Below are positions 1 through 9,476 of a DNA stretch of 64,000 bases, piece by piece. Source of the stretch: an uncultured Acidobacteriaceae bacterium (lineage in GTDB: Bacteria > Acidobacteriota > Terriglobia > Terriglobales > Acidobacteriaceae). Below the pieces are notes generated by a model. The model was not told the origin of the DNA. It saw only the letters and a list, made by a program, of their open reading frames with translations, and ran no database searches. The position numbers were made by a program, and so were the translations under genes. The stretch's first letter is position 1; the number at the start of each line of letters is the position of its first letter. The stretch is from the NCBI GenBank assembly GCA_963782175.1, contig CAWAIX010000010.1, positions 154,399 through 218,398 on the forward strand, read 5' to 3'.

Positions 1-167
1 GCTAGCCCAACGCCTTTGGAAAAACGCCGTGAGACGCCAACAGGGAAGCCATGGCCGCAGCGGTTCCCAGACGCAACTTGTCTCAAAACCGGTCTTTTGA
101 CGTCCGCCCGGGAAAACGTATACTTGGCCTGTCGAAACTTCTGTGCTCGGAGTAAACCAGCCAAATC

Positions 168-2064
168 ATGCGGAAAGCCATCTCTTCTCTCGCACTCGCG
201 AGCCTTCTCGTCACTGCCGCCGCACACTGTCAGTCGCCCGCCACGCTCAAAATCGACACCAGCAAGCCAGTCTCGAAGGTCAGCCCTGAGCTCTACGGCC
301 TCATGACCGAGGAGATCAACTACTCCTACGACGGCGGCCTCTACGCCGAGCTGGTCCGCAACCGCACCTTCCATGCCGATTGGAGCGGAATCCACCGCTG
401 GTACCTCGTCGAGCAGGGAAACTCCAGCGCCTCAATCTCCGCCGACAAGACAACCGGCCCCAGCACCGCGCTGCCCAACAGCGTCAAGCTCACGTGTCAC
501 CCAGGCCGACGCCTCCGACCGCGCCGGCCTTGAGAACGAAGGCTACTGGGGAATCCTCGTCACGCCCAACACCGAGTACAAAGGCTCCTTCTACGCCAAG
601 TCCGACGGCAGCCCAGCCGTCACCGTCCGCCTGGTCGACGACTTCACCGGCAAAGCCGCCGCCGAGGCCGTCGTACCCGCGCTCACCGGCGACTGGAAGA
701 AATACGACTTCACGCTGAAGACCGGCAACGTCACTCGCAGCACCTTCAACCACCTCGCCCTCACCGTCGACAAGCCCGGAACCGATTGGTTCAATCTCGT
801 CTCGCTCTTCCCACCCACCTACCACGACCGCCCCAACGGCTTCCGCATCGACCTGATGGAGAAGCTGGCCGCCATGCATCCCAATTTCCTGCGTCTCCCC
901 GGCGGCAACTACCTCGAAGGCGACCATATCTCCGAGCGCTTCGACTGGAAGAAGACCATCGGCCCCTATGTCGACCGCCCCACACACCGCAGCCCCTGGG
1001 GATACCAGTCCTCCGACGGCATGGGCCTGCTTGAATTTCTCGAGTGGTGCGAAGACCTGCACATGCAGCCCGTTCTCGCCGTCTACGCCGGATACTCGCT
1101 GATGCAGGAGCACGTGAACCCCGGCCCCGACCTCGAGCCCTACGTGCAGGACGCCCTCGACGAGATCGAATATGTAACCGGCGGACCCGATACGAAGTGG
1201 GGAGCCGAGCGCGTCAAGGACGGCCATCCCGCGCCCTTCCCTCTCAAGTACGTTGAGATCGGCAACGAAGATTTCTTCGACAAGTCGCACAGCTATGACG
1301 CCCGCTACGAGCAGTTCTACAAGGCCATCAAGGCGAAGTACCCCAACCTCCAGCTGATCGCCACGACGCCGGTGACGAGCATCCGCCCTGACGTCATCGA
1401 CGATCACTTCTACAAGCGCAAGGAAGAGTTCTTCGCCGACACCACCCACTACGACAAGACCGACCGCAGCGGCCCCAAAATCTTCGTCGGCGAATGGGCC
1501 ACGCGCGAAGGCGCGCCCACGCCCAACTTCGGAGCCGCACTCGGCGACGCCGCCTGGATGACCGGTATGGAACGCAACAGCGACATCGTCATCATGGCCA
1601 GCTACGCGCCGCTGCTCGTCAACGTCAATCCCGGCGGCATGCAGTGGGAAAGCGACCTCATCGGCTACAACGCCGCATCGAGCTACGGCTCGCCAAGCTA
1701 CTACGCGCAGGTGATGTTCGCGAGCTACATCGGAAACGAAACCGTCGCCTCCACCCTCACCGGAGCCGGCCCGCGCTTCTTCTACTCCGCAACCCGCGAC
1801 GCGAAGAAGGGCAAGCTCTACCTCAAGCTCGTCAACGCCTCGTCACTCCCGCAGGACATTATCCTTCAACTTGCCGGAGCAGGGAAGATCGGCGGCACAG
1901 CCACTCTCGTGAGCCTGCACGCCCTCACCAACGAGGCGACCAACACCATCCTCGAGCCGACGAGGATAGTTCCTGTGAAGACCCAGCTGAAAAACGTATC
2001 AGCCGACTTCCACCACACCATCCCCGGCTATTCCATCGAGGTGCTGGATATCGACGTGCGATAG
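168..2064 (+). pseudogene. abfA: Secreted GH51 alpha-L-arabinofuranosidase; reading frame broken by one extra nucleotide near 495
   Basis: Signal peptide MRKAISSLALASLLVTAAAHC. YGLMTEEINYSYDGGLYAELVRNRTF and YVEIGNEDF motifs are typical of GH51. ORFs 168-533 and 373-2064 are in different frames and rejoin as ...SVKLT/VTQADASDRAGLENEGYWG... if t495 is removed. Confidence 0.8.
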
Positions 2065-2081
2065 AAGAAGCGGACGGAAGT

Positions 2082-2462
2082 TCAGACTGCCAGAATCTTC
2101 ACATCGTAGTTGGACAACTGCCGGTCCGAAGTGACCAGTACCAATCCTTCCATGATTGCCTGAGTCACTAGCATGCGATCGAAAGGGTCGCGATGATGCA
2201 GGGATAGCTTCGCGGCAGCTTCTGCGTACCGCGTCGTGACTGGCAGTTCCAGCAAGTTGCTTTGTTTGGCAAAGAACGAGACGGGTGCTGCTAGTTGGAT
2301 TTGCCCCAGGCTCTGCTTGATGGAAAGTTCCCAGGCCGATGACGCACTGTAATAAACCTGTTCCGCTTCATCCAGCGCTGCAATGATAGTTTTGGGAATT
2401 CGTCGCAGCTCTGAATTCAGCCAGAGCAGAACATGTGTGTCGAGAAGGTAACGCGATTTCAC
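2082..2462 (-). CDS. vapC: PIN-domain toxin of a type II toxin-antitoxin pair (VapC-like)
   Basis: 126 aa. N-terminal LLDTHVLLW (PIN acidic residue) and C-terminal LVTSDRQL. GTGA start/stop overlap with the upstream antitoxin ORF. Confidence 0.8.
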   Translation of the reverse strand: MKSRYLLDTHVLLWLNSELRRIPKTIIAALDEAEQVYYSASSAWELSIKQSLGQIQLAAPVSFFAKQSNLLELPVTTRYAEAAAKLSLHHRDPFDRMLVTQAIMEGLVLVTSDRQLSNYDVKILAV

Positions 2463-2713
2463 TTCGAGCTTGTCGCTTCTTCGCCGAGCAGAAATTCAAG
2501 CGGCAAATCTTCGTAGAAATCGGGAGCAATATAGGTCACGCCCATCAGATTCTTACCGAAAGCGCTGGAACGTTTCTTGTTTTTCGCCAACGGGACAAGC
2601 CGAGCCATCGGCTTTCCCGCCTTGGCGATAATGATCTCCTCGCCGCTCGCGGCCCGCTCCACCAGCTCCGACAAGTGTGATTTGGCTTCGTACAGATTGA
2701 GGGTCTCGCTCAT
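2459..2713 (-). CDS. Phd/YefM-type antitoxin
   Basis: 84 aa. MSETLNLYEAKSHLSELVERAASGEEIIIAKAGKPMARLVPL matches the Phd/YefM N-terminal fold signature. Translationally coupled to the PIN toxin. Confidence 0.75.
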   Translation of the reverse strand: MSETLNLYEAKSHLSELVERAASGEEIIIAKAGKPMARLVPLAKNKKRSSAFGKNLMGVTYIAPDFYEDLPLEFLLGEEATSSK

Positions 2714-2836
2714 GACTTAAGTTTCTTCCAGGTTGGCGAGTTGGTCAAGTTGGTCAAGTAAAATCCTCACCGACTGCTGGCCATTACTTCTCCGGTTCGA
2801 ATCCTGTAGCATCAAAACTTGATCCCACACATAGAA

Positions 2837-4291
2837 ATGTCTTCTGCAAGCACTCCCCGCGTCCGTTTTGCGCCTTCTCCAACCGGCTACCTCCACGTAG
2901 GAGGAGCCCGCACCGCCCTCTTCAACTGGCTCTTCGCGCGCCACTTCGGCGGAACCCTCATCCTGCGCATCGAAGACACCGACTTCGAGCGCTCCTCCGA
3001 AGAAATGGTCGAAGGCATTCTCGTCGGCATGCGCTGGCTTGGTATTGACTGGGACGAAGGCCCGTTCTACCAATCGCAGCGCCTCGACCTCTACCGTGAG
3101 GCCGCCGAAAAGCTCCTCGCCTCCGGCCACGCCTACCGCTGCTTCTGCACCAAACAGGAACTCGAGCAGCGCCGCGCCCAAGCCGTTGCCGCTGGACGCC
3201 CGCCGATGTACGACCGCCGCTGCCGTCTGATTGATCCGGCAGTAGCCCTTCAGCGCAGTGCCGCTGGCGAAGCCGCCGCCATCCGCTTCGCCGTCCCCGA
3301 AGGGGGAAGCACCAGCTTCGACGATGCCGTCTTCGATCGCGTCGAGTTCTCGAACGCCGAAATCGAGGACTTCGTCCTCCTCCGCTCCGACGGCAGCCCA
3401 ACGTATCACCTCAGCGTTGTCGCCGACGACATCGACATGCGCCTCACCCACATCATCCGCGGGGCCGACCACATCTCGAATACCCCGAAACAGGTCCTGC
3501 AATACCAGGCGCTCGGAGCCCCGCTGCCCGTCTTCGCGCACGTCCCGCTCATTCTCGGCCCCGACAAGACGCGTCTCTCCAAGCGCCACGGAGCTACCTC
3601 CGTCATCTCCTACAAAGAGATGGGCATCGTGCCCGAAGCCTTCCGCAACTTCCTCGGGCTTCTCGGCTGGTCGCCCGGTCCCACCTACAAAGATCGGGAA
3701 ATCTTCAGCTCCGACGAGCTCATCCAGCTCTTCTCGCTCGACGGCATTTCGAAATCCAACGCCGTCTTCGACAACGACAAGCTCGCCTGGTTCAACACCG
3801 AATACATCCGCGCCTACAGCGCCGAAAAGCTGCTGCCGCTGATCGAAGAAGAGTGGGCCAGGGCCGGATTCACGCCCACGCGCTCCCGCGAAGAGATCCT
3901 TGCCACCATCGATCTGCTCAAGCCTCGCGCCCGCAACCTGAAAGATTTCGCCACTGTCTTCCGTGCCTATTTCAGTGACGATTTCGAATATGATCCCGCC
4001 GCAGTTACAAAATTCCTGAGCGACGGATCCGTCCGCGAGTTTCTCGTACAGCTTTCGCAGCGGTACGCCGCCGAGACCGACTGCACCGAAGCATCCGCTG
4101 AAGCCATTCTCCGCTCCTTTGCGGAAGAAAAGGGAATCAAGGCCGAGGCCCTCATCAACGGCTCCCGCGTCGCCCTCACCGGACAGGCCGTCGCCCCGAG
4201 CCTTTTCGCCGTCATGGCGAATTTAGGCAAGGACCGCGTCGTACAGCGTCTCGCCGCCGCGAACAAAACGGCCCAGATCGGCGACGTATGA
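2837..4291 (+). CDS. gltX: Glutamyl-tRNA synthetase
   Basis: RVRFAPSPTGYLHVGGARTALFNWLFAR (HIGH region), ILRIEDTD and a KMSKS-type RLSKRHG. The ATG at 2837 is preferred over the TTG at 2819 that opens the ORF. Confidence 0.92.
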   Translation: MSSASTPRVRFAPSPTGYLHVGGARTALFNWLFARHFGGTLILRIEDTDFERSSEEMVEGILVGMRWLGIDWDEGPFYQSQRLDLYREAAEKLLASGHAYRCFCTKQELEQRRAQAVAAGRPPMYDRRCRLIDPAVALQRSAAGEAAAIRFAVPEGGSTSFDDAVFDRVEFSNAEIEDFVLLRSDGSPTYHLSVVADDIDMRLTHIIRGADHISNTPKQVLQYQALGAPLPVFAHVPLILGPDKTRLSKRHGATSVISYKEMGIVPEAFRNFLGLLGWSPGPTYKDREIFSSDELIQLFSLDGISKSNAVFDNDKLAWFNTEYIRAYSAEKLLPLIEEEWARAGFTPTRSREEILATIDLLKPRARNLKDFATVFRAYFSDDFEYDPAAVTKFLSDGSVREFLVQLSQRYAAETDCTEASAEAILRSFAEEKGIKAEALINGSRVALTGQAVAPSLFAVMANLGKDRVVQRLAAANKTAQIGDV

Positions 4292-4373
4292 GGCACAACT
4301 ATACAGGCCACTGGCCGGCCCATCTCAGAGCACCCAATCCGTTACGAACTGCTCGAGATCGCCAGCTAGCGTC

Positions 4374-4874
4374 CTACTTCGCGATCACATCCACCGCCAC
4401 CGGAGCCTTCCGCGGCGGATAGCAGGCCATCGCATCGCAGGCCTGATAGCGGAGCTGCGCCTGAATCAGGTGCTCGCCGGGCTTCGCCGTCACATGTGCG
4501 CGAAGAACGAATTCCCCTGTGTAAACGCTGAGCTTCTGATCCGGAAACGACGCCAGTGAAAAGTCCGTTCCCGGCGGAAAATCCACGGATGCAACCCTCA
4601 CTCCCACCGGCTCGACCACGATCAGCTGCGTAGGGATGAAGCTCTTCTCATGCGGCGTGTGCGAATTAATGTGAAACCCCGGATTCACCGCGAAATGTAG
4701 CTCGACCACGCTATCCGTGTTCGCCCCGATCGACACCTGTTCCGGGAAGAGATACTTCACGAACTGCTTGGCGCCCTGCGCGTCGCCATTCTCCCAGGGA
4801 AGCTTCTGCGCGCCTCCCAGGCTCGCGGCCAGCAGCGCCAGAAGCGCGATTGCTTTCACACCGGCTTGCCCCAC
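4374..4874 (-). CDS. Secreted DsbD N-terminal-domain-like thiol:disulfide protein
   Basis: Signal peptide. C-terminal YQACDAMACYPP motif is characteristic of the DsbD-N/DsbC-corrector domain. GTG start overlaps the stop of the upstream thioredoxin-like gene by 1 nt. Confidence 0.6.
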   Translation of the reverse strand: MGQAGVKAIALLALLAASLGGAQKLPWENGDAQGAKQFVKYLFPEQVSIGANTDSVVELHFAVNPGFHINSHTPHEKSFIPTQLIVVEPVGVRVASVDFPPGTDFSLASFPDQKLSVYTGEFVLRAHVTAKPGEHLIQAQLRYQACDAMACYPPRKAPVAVDVIAK

Positions 4875-5581
4875 TACGATTGGCCTTTTTGGGCCTGCTC
4901 GCCGCTGCCCAGAGCCTTCTTGATGTTTGCTTCGATCTCATCGCGATCCACCAGCCCGATCGTCGCCGCCACCACTTTGCCACTCCGGTCCACGTAGAAC
5001 GTCGTGGGCAGCGCATCGACCCCGCCGTACGGATCGGCCACCTTGGCATCGTCGATCAGCACCGGATAGTTAATCCCCAGTTTAGTCGCCGATTCGGCAA
5101 TCTCCCGCTTCTGCTTGAACAGTGCTGCCTTGTCGTCAAGGTCGAGATCGTCTTCCGAGATGCCCAGCACCACCAGCCCCTGGCTGGCGTACTGGTCGTG
5201 CAGTTTGGTGAGCCACGGAATCTCCACCTTGCAGGGCGCGCACCACGTCGCCCAGAAATCGACCACCACCGCCTTGCCCTTGTAATCCGCCAGCGACACC
5301 TTCTTCCCGTCCGTGTCCTTGAGCGTAAACGCCGGCGCCTGTTTGTTCTGCAGCGGGTTCTTGAACGGAGGCGGCTCGTCTGCTTCCGCCGCAGCCGAAC
5401 CCGATGCCGGATCGGACCCCGGCTTCGTCAGCATGATCACGGGCTGCTTCGCCCTGGCCTCGTCCGCCTTCCGCTTCCGATAATTGGCCACGCCAGCCCA
5501 CGCGATCAGCCCCAGAGCCACGAGAACCGCCAGCACCACCACAACGTTCCGCTTCACGCCTGCCACCCCTGTCTTTCTCAT
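4874..5581 (-). CDS. TlpA/ResA-like membrane-anchored thioredoxin-fold oxidoreductase
   Basis: FWATWCAPCKVEIPWL active site, with an N-terminal anchor MRKTGVAGVKRNVVVVLAVLVALGLIAW. Start placed at ATG 5581, because the longer ORF (to 5782) would overlap kdsD on the other strand. Confidence 0.8.
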   Translation of the reverse strand: MRKTGVAGVKRNVVVVLAVLVALGLIAWAGVANYRKRKADEARAKQPVIMLTKPGSDPASGSAAAEADEPPPFKNPLQNKQAPAFTLKDTDGKKVSLADYKGKAVVVDFWATWCAPCKVEIPWLTKLHDQYASQGLVVLGISEDDLDLDDKAALFKQKREIAESATKLGINYPVLIDDAKVADPYGGVDALPTTFYVDRSGKVVAATIGLVDRDEIEANIKKALGSGEQAQKGQS

Positions 5582-5650
5582 TCTAGTGGATGCCGCATCC
5601 GCCAAACACGCTTCTGAATCGGTAGCTATCCTTCTGGTAGCATCGACTGT

Positions 5651-6628
5651 TTGACACGGCACACACCATCTGAGCTCGTCCGCATCGAAGCCCGGGCTCT
5701 CCTCGCGCTGGCCGACCGCCTGGAAGGCCCCATGTCCGCCGCCTTCGACCGCGCCGTAGACTGCATTCTCCAGTGCGGACAAGCCCGCGGACGTGTCGTC
5801 GTTACCGGAATGGGCAAAAGCGGTATCGTCGCTCAGAAGATTGCCGCCACTCTCAGCTCCACCGGCAGCCCGGCGCTCTTCCTACACCCGGCCGAAGCCG
5901 TGCACGGCGACCTCGGCATGCTCGCCCGCGGAGACGTCGTCATCGCCCTCTCTGCCAGCGGCGAAACCGAGGAGATCCTCCGCCTGCTCGCCACCATCAA
6001 GCGCATCGGCGACGCGCTCATCAGTTTCTGTTGCAACGCGCAGTCCACGCTAGCGCAGGCCAGTGACATCTGCCTCGATGTCAGCGTCCCCGAGGAAGCC
6101 TGCAGCCTGAATCTCGCGCCCACAGCCTCAACCACCGCCATGCTCGCTCTGGGAGACGCCCTCGCCATCGCCGTCTCGCTCAAAAAGGGCTTCCGCGCAG
6201 AAGACTTCGCTGACCTTCATCCCGGCGGCAAGCTGGGCAAGCGCCTGGCGCGTGTTCGCCACCTCATGCATGCCGGCGACGCCATCCCGCGCGTCGCGCG
6301 CAACACGCCGATGAAGGACGTCATCTACGAAATGTCCCGCAAGAAGCTCGGTGTCACCACCGTCGAGGACGGCGGCCGCCTTGTCGGCATCATCAGCGAT
6401 GGAGATCTCCGCCGGCTCCTCGAGCGTGACGGAGCTGACGTGCTCAACAAAACCGCCGGCGATGCGATGAATCCAAACCCGCGCACCATCTCCGCCGACG
6501 AGCTGGCCGTGCGAGCCCTCAGCATGATGGAAGAGAAAAAGATCACGTCACTGGTTGCCATCGATCCCGCAGGCGCAATCGAGGGCGTCATCCACCTGCA
6601 TGATCTGTGGGAGACCGAGCTGATCTGA
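5651..6628 (+). CDS. kdsD: Arabinose-5-phosphate isomerase (KpsF/GutQ/KdsD family)
   Basis: SIS domain VVVTGMGKSGIVAQKIAATLSSTGSPALFLHPAEAVHGDLGM followed by tandem CBS domains. TTG start. Confidence 0.88.
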   Translation: MTRHTPSELVRIEARALLALADRLEGPMSAAFDRAVDCILQCGQARGRVVVTGMGKSGIVAQKIAATLSSTGSPALFLHPAEAVHGDLGMLARGDVVIALSASGETEEILRLLATIKRIGDALISFCCNAQSTLAQASDICLDVSVPEEACSLNLAPTASTTAMLALGDALAIAVSLKKGFRAEDFADLHPGGKLGKRLARVRHLMHAGDAIPRVARNTPMKDVIYEMSRKKLGVTTVEDGGRLVGIISDGDLRRLLERDGADVLNKTAGDAMNPNPRTISADELAVRALSMMEEKKITSLVAIDPAGAIEGVIHLHDLWETELI

Positions 6629-6660
6629 ACGCAGGAATGCGGATCCGCGGAAGCGTCGCC

Positions 6661-7002
6661 TTACAGCTTCTCCGCTTCTTCCACCGTGGCCGTTATCGGA
6701 ATCAGTGAATCCACATGGGTGAGCTTGAAAAGCTCTATCACTCGATCATTCACTCCGGCTGCGATCAGCTTGTGTCCGCGCCTCTGCGACGAGACGTAGA
6801 AGTTGATGATCGCTCCCATTCCGGCCGAATCCATGTACTCGACCCCGGTCAGGTCAAGGATTGTTACCGGCGACTGATTCTGTTCCAGCTCACCCTTAAG
6901 CGCGAAGAAATTGCTTAGCAGAACTGGCCCGGTTACGCGTACGATCCGAGTTCCCTCTGACTTTCCGGCGAACGATTCAACATCGAGAGTCTCTTGTTGC
7001 AT
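6661..7002 (-). CDS. STAS-domain anti-sigma-factor antagonist (SpoIIAA-like)
   Basis: 113 aa. LDLTGVEYMDSAGMGAIINF (conserved phosphorylatable Ser context) and GVNDRVIELFKLTHVD. Confidence 0.75.
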   Translation of the reverse strand: MQQETLDVESFAGKSEGTRIVRVTGPVLLSNFFALKGELEQNQSPVTILDLTGVEYMDSAGMGAIINFYVSSQRRGHKLIAAGVNDRVIELFKLTHVDSLIPITATVEEAEKL

Positions 7003-7121
7003 AACGATTTACAGTGTATGTACCTCAGCTGCCCATCAATATTACAGCATCGTGAATACATGCATTTCCGCCGCCCTGTTGCCTTATCATTGGTCATCGA
7101 ACCAGCTCTGCGGGAGGATTT

Positions 7122-8255
7122 TTGCTTTACTGGCTCCTTTATCAGAAGCTCTTTCCCTACTTCAGACCATTCCGAATCTTCCGGTATCTGACGTTCCGCA
7201 CCGCATTTGCGACTCTCACGGCCCTTCTTATCGCGCTCCTCGTTGGCCCCTACGTCATTCAGAAGCTGCGTGAGTTCCAGATCGGCCAGTACATCCGCGA
7301 AGAGGGTCCCAAGGACCATCAGAAAAAAGCCGGAACCCCCACCATGGGCGGCGTCCTCATCTGCATCGCTATCCTTCTGCCTACGCTGCTCTGGTCCGAC
7401 CTGTCCAACCCCTTCGTATGGCTCGTCATGGGCTCGCTGGTCGCCTTCGGAGCCATCGGCTTCGCCGACGACTACATAAAAGTCATCCACCGCCGCAACC
7501 TGGGTCTCACCGCCCGCGCCAAGCTCGGCTACCAGGGTCTCGTTGCTTTCGGAATCGCAGTGGCCCTCGTCGCCATGCAAAGTCAGGGACTCTACTCGAC
7601 TCAGCTTTCCGTGCCCTTTATCAAGCGCTTCCATCCCCATCTCTCGCTGGGTCCGCTGACCCACATTCCACACATCGCCCTGCTGGCCTTTCTGCCGTTT
7701 GTGATCTTCGTCGTCCTGGTGATCGTCTTTTCGAGCAATGCCGTCAACCTCACCGACGGCCTCGACGGACTCGCCATCGGCTGCACCATCATTGCGGCGG
7801 GAGCGCTGACGGTCTTGACCTACGTGAGTGGCAACATCGTGCTCTCGGATTATCTGGAACTGCAGCGGATGTCGATGGTAGGTGAAGCGACCATCTTCTG
7901 CGGATCCATGGTCGGCGCCAGCATCGGATTCCTCTGGTACAACGCCCATCCCGCCGAGGTCTTCATGGGAGACGTCGGCTCGCTCGCCCTCGGCGGCGCC
8001 ATCGGCACCGTCGCCGTCGTCATCCGGCAGCAGCTGCTTTTGCCCTTCATCGGAGGCATCTTCGTCATCGAAGCCTTCTCCGTCATCCTGCAGGTCGGCA
8101 GCTACAAGCTGCGCAAGAAGCGCATCTTCAAAATGGCCCCGCTGCACCACCACTTCGAGCTGATGGGCTGGTCTGAATCGAAGGTCATCGTTCGCTTCTG
8201 GATCGCAGCCCTGGTGTTTGCGCTCTTGGCGCTCACCACCCTCAAGCTGCGCTAA
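7122..8255 (+). CDS. mraY: Phospho-N-acetylmuramoyl-pentapeptide transferase
   Basis: MLYWLLYQKLF...FRYLTFRTAF N-terminus, NAVNLTDGLDGLA, FMGDVGSLALGG, MAPLHHHFEL, and a C-terminal ...LTTLKLR like E. coli ...ATLKVR. TTG start after GGGAGGA. Confidence 0.93.
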   Translation: MLYWLLYQKLFPYFRPFRIFRYLTFRTAFATLTALLIALLVGPYVIQKLREFQIGQYIREEGPKDHQKKAGTPTMGGVLICIAILLPTLLWSDLSNPFVWLVMGSLVAFGAIGFADDYIKVIHRRNLGLTARAKLGYQGLVAFGIAVALVAMQSQGLYSTQLSVPFIKRFHPHLSLGPLTHIPHIALLAFLPFVIFVVLVIVFSSNAVNLTDGLDGLAIGCTIIAAGALTVLTYVSGNIVLSDYLELQRMSMVGEATIFCGSMVGASIGFLWYNAHPAEVFMGDVGSLALGGAIGTVAVVIRQQLLLPFIGGIFVIEAFSVILQVGSYKLRKKRIFKMAPLHHHFELMGWSESKVIVRFWIAALVFALLALTTLKLR

Positions 8256-8293
8256 ACACAATCCCCACCGCGCAACAATGACCCAGTCCGGCC
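8197..8293 (+). repeat. Copy A of the repeated mraY 3' end plus about 38 nt of downstream sequence (the copy currently in use)
   Basis: tggatcgcagccctggtgtttgcgctcttggcgctcaccaccctcaagctgcgctaa recurs at 9047-9105 and 10299-10354. The downstream acacaatccccaccgcgcaacaatgacc resembles 10355-10392. Confidence 0.85.
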
Positions 8294-8615
8294 TTGGAAT
8301 TGTGAGCCATATCATAAATGTGATATAGCTACGCACGAATGGGGTGGAGGACCCGCCGGGTGCCTCGTGCCTTGAGCGTGTCATAGGGTGGACAGCTCCT
8401 CTCGCACCAGCGAGACCCGGTGGAAGATTGGACCTCAGCCCCTGCGTCAGGAAGACAGGAGCTTCGGTTCTGGCAACGAATTGCCAGTTGAGTTGCATTA
8501 ACCCGATCCTCTCCAATTGTTTCGGGAGTTGCGAAAACCACTTCTCCCACAAAGCGTGGCCGGCGAATTCCCGGAACTGGCCGCTTCTCCTTACTAGACG
8601 ACAGGAGCAAACACG

Positions 8616-8801
8616 ATGCCAAACGAACCCGAAAGTCCCAAAACACCAGGGCCGGATGAGTCCAAAACTACGGATGCTGCAGAGAATGAGGAAATCGACC
8701 GCATCGCCGACGAAGCCGCGGGGAAAGCCTTGAGGACGGAAGACCGCTACGACCGGAACCGCACTACGTTCCCGAGGGGCGGACCTTCCGGAGTGGCATA
8801 A
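8616..8801 (+). CDS. Small acidic hypothetical protein (61 aa)
   Basis: ATG preceded by gacAGGAGcaaacacg at good spacing. No recognisable domain. Confidence 0.4.
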   Translation: MPNEPESPKTPGPDESKTTDAAENEEIDRIADEAAGKALRTEDRYDRNRTTFPRGGPSGVA

Positions 8802-8955
8802 GTCTCGCTTTTCCCTCGGCTCTCAGAGGCGCAGCCGGGCAAGATCTTGTGGGGTCCTTGGCGCGACGCCAAATGCGCTCGGATCTCCTTCCGTATTTCG
8901 GACGGGCGTAGATGACCGTGTTGAGTAATCCTCCCGCGCTGGGCGGCTGGGTGTA

Positions 8956-9025
8956 GTGTGCTATCCCAGCTCATATTGTCATCGTGATAAGTGTGCTATC
9001 CCAGCTCATATTGTCATCGTGATAA
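8956..9025. repeat. Perfect tandem duplication of a 35-bp unit
   Basis: gtgtgctatcccagctcatattgtcatcgtgataa occurs at 8956-8990 and again, identical, at 8991-9025. It lies about 20 nt upstream of mraY-end copy B. Confidence 0.95.
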
Positions 9026-9046
9026 ATGACGACGAGTCGCTTGGAT

Positions 9047-9105
9047 TATGGGTCGCAGCCCTGGTGTTTGCACTCTTAGCACTCACCACCCTCAAGCTGC
9101 GCTAG
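9047..9105 (+). repeat. Copy B of the mraY 3' end (orphan)
   Basis: Differs from copy A over the last 17 codons only at three synonymous third positions (gcg>gca, ttg>tta, gcg>gca) and in the stop codon (taa>tag). It still encodes AALVFALLALTTLKLR. Confidence 0.9.
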
Positions 9106-9421
9106 CGGTTGTCGCCCATTCGCGAAAGCATCCCAGTCTGTGTGTGAAGCAGAGCCGTCACCTTCGCGGTTTTTTCTCCGTGCTCGTGGCCTGCCTGTGC
9201 TTCTGCCCTTTAAACAGTTGATGTATTAGGCAAAATCTGAGATTCTGCACTTGAAGGAATGGTGCGGTTGTTTAGGACTCTACCCGAGCGCCACATTCAT
9301 CCTCCCGTGATCGTCCTCGTGGGCGCGATCTCTCCTACGCAGTGGGGCGCGGTACTCTCATCGCTGCGGTGTGCGCAAAATGCAATACGTAAGTAAGTAG
9401 AGGTAAGCAAAACTCTCCAAA

Positions 9422-9445
9422 GGCTGGCACGAAGCCAGCTTTTTC
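9422..9445 (+). terminator. Intrinsic terminator-like hairpin 1
   Basis: gctggc-acgaa-gccagc stem-loop followed by ttttt. Confidence 0.5.
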
Positions 9446-9453
9446 CGTTATCT

Positions 9454-9476
9454 GAGCCGCGTCATGCGGCTCTTTT
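9454..9476 (+). terminator. Intrinsic terminator-like hairpin 2
   Basis: gagccgc-gtcat-gcggctc stem-loop followed by tttt. Confidence 0.5.

Noticed and set aside
2731-2816. A tRNA-like signal upstream of gltX: a T-loop-like ggttcgaatcc (2794-2804), a D-loop-like ggcgagttggtcaag, and a tandem 9-mer gttggtcaa x2 (2740-2757).
   Set aside because: I could not fold a cloverleaf. The putative T-stem (tccgg/cctgt) and acceptor stem do not pair. It may be a decayed tRNA fragment or chance, so it is not reported as a gene.
4874-5782. The long form (302 aa) of the TlpA-like ORF.
   Set aside because: The first 67 codons overlap the kdsD start on the opposite strand and lack a signal or anchor. The internal ATG at 5581 gives a normal membrane-anchored thioredoxin.
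8470-8487. A sigma-54-like element/hairpin ctGGcaacgaattGCcag upstream of the small ORF at 8616. A similar tGGgccgctctcattGCc occurs near 52214 upstream of tssB.
   Set aside because: The GG-to-GC spacing is 9 nt in the first and 12 nt in the second, instead of the strict 10 nt of -24/-12 promoters. The first is better described as a simple 7-bp hairpin.
6933-8552. A 539-aa minus-strand ORF covering all of mraY. Similar long antisense ORFs occur at 490-1449, 28567-29949, 30371-31651, 35369-36469, 45321-46277, 45730-46932, 53539-54408 and 62731-63630.
   Set aside because: These are shadow ORFs typical of high-GC DNA. They lie antisense to genes with strong family signatures, are Arg/Gly/Asp-rich with no recognisable domains, and have no RBS context.
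9258-9395. A small ORF (MVRLFRTLPERHIHPPVIVLVGAISPTQWGAVLSSLRCAQNAIRK) in the region upstream of the orphan terminators.
   Set aside because: The only purine-rich stretch (gaagga) abuts the ATG with no spacing, the sequence shows no conservation signal I can judge, and the length is marginal. It is mentioned only as a possibility under the orphan-terminator finding.
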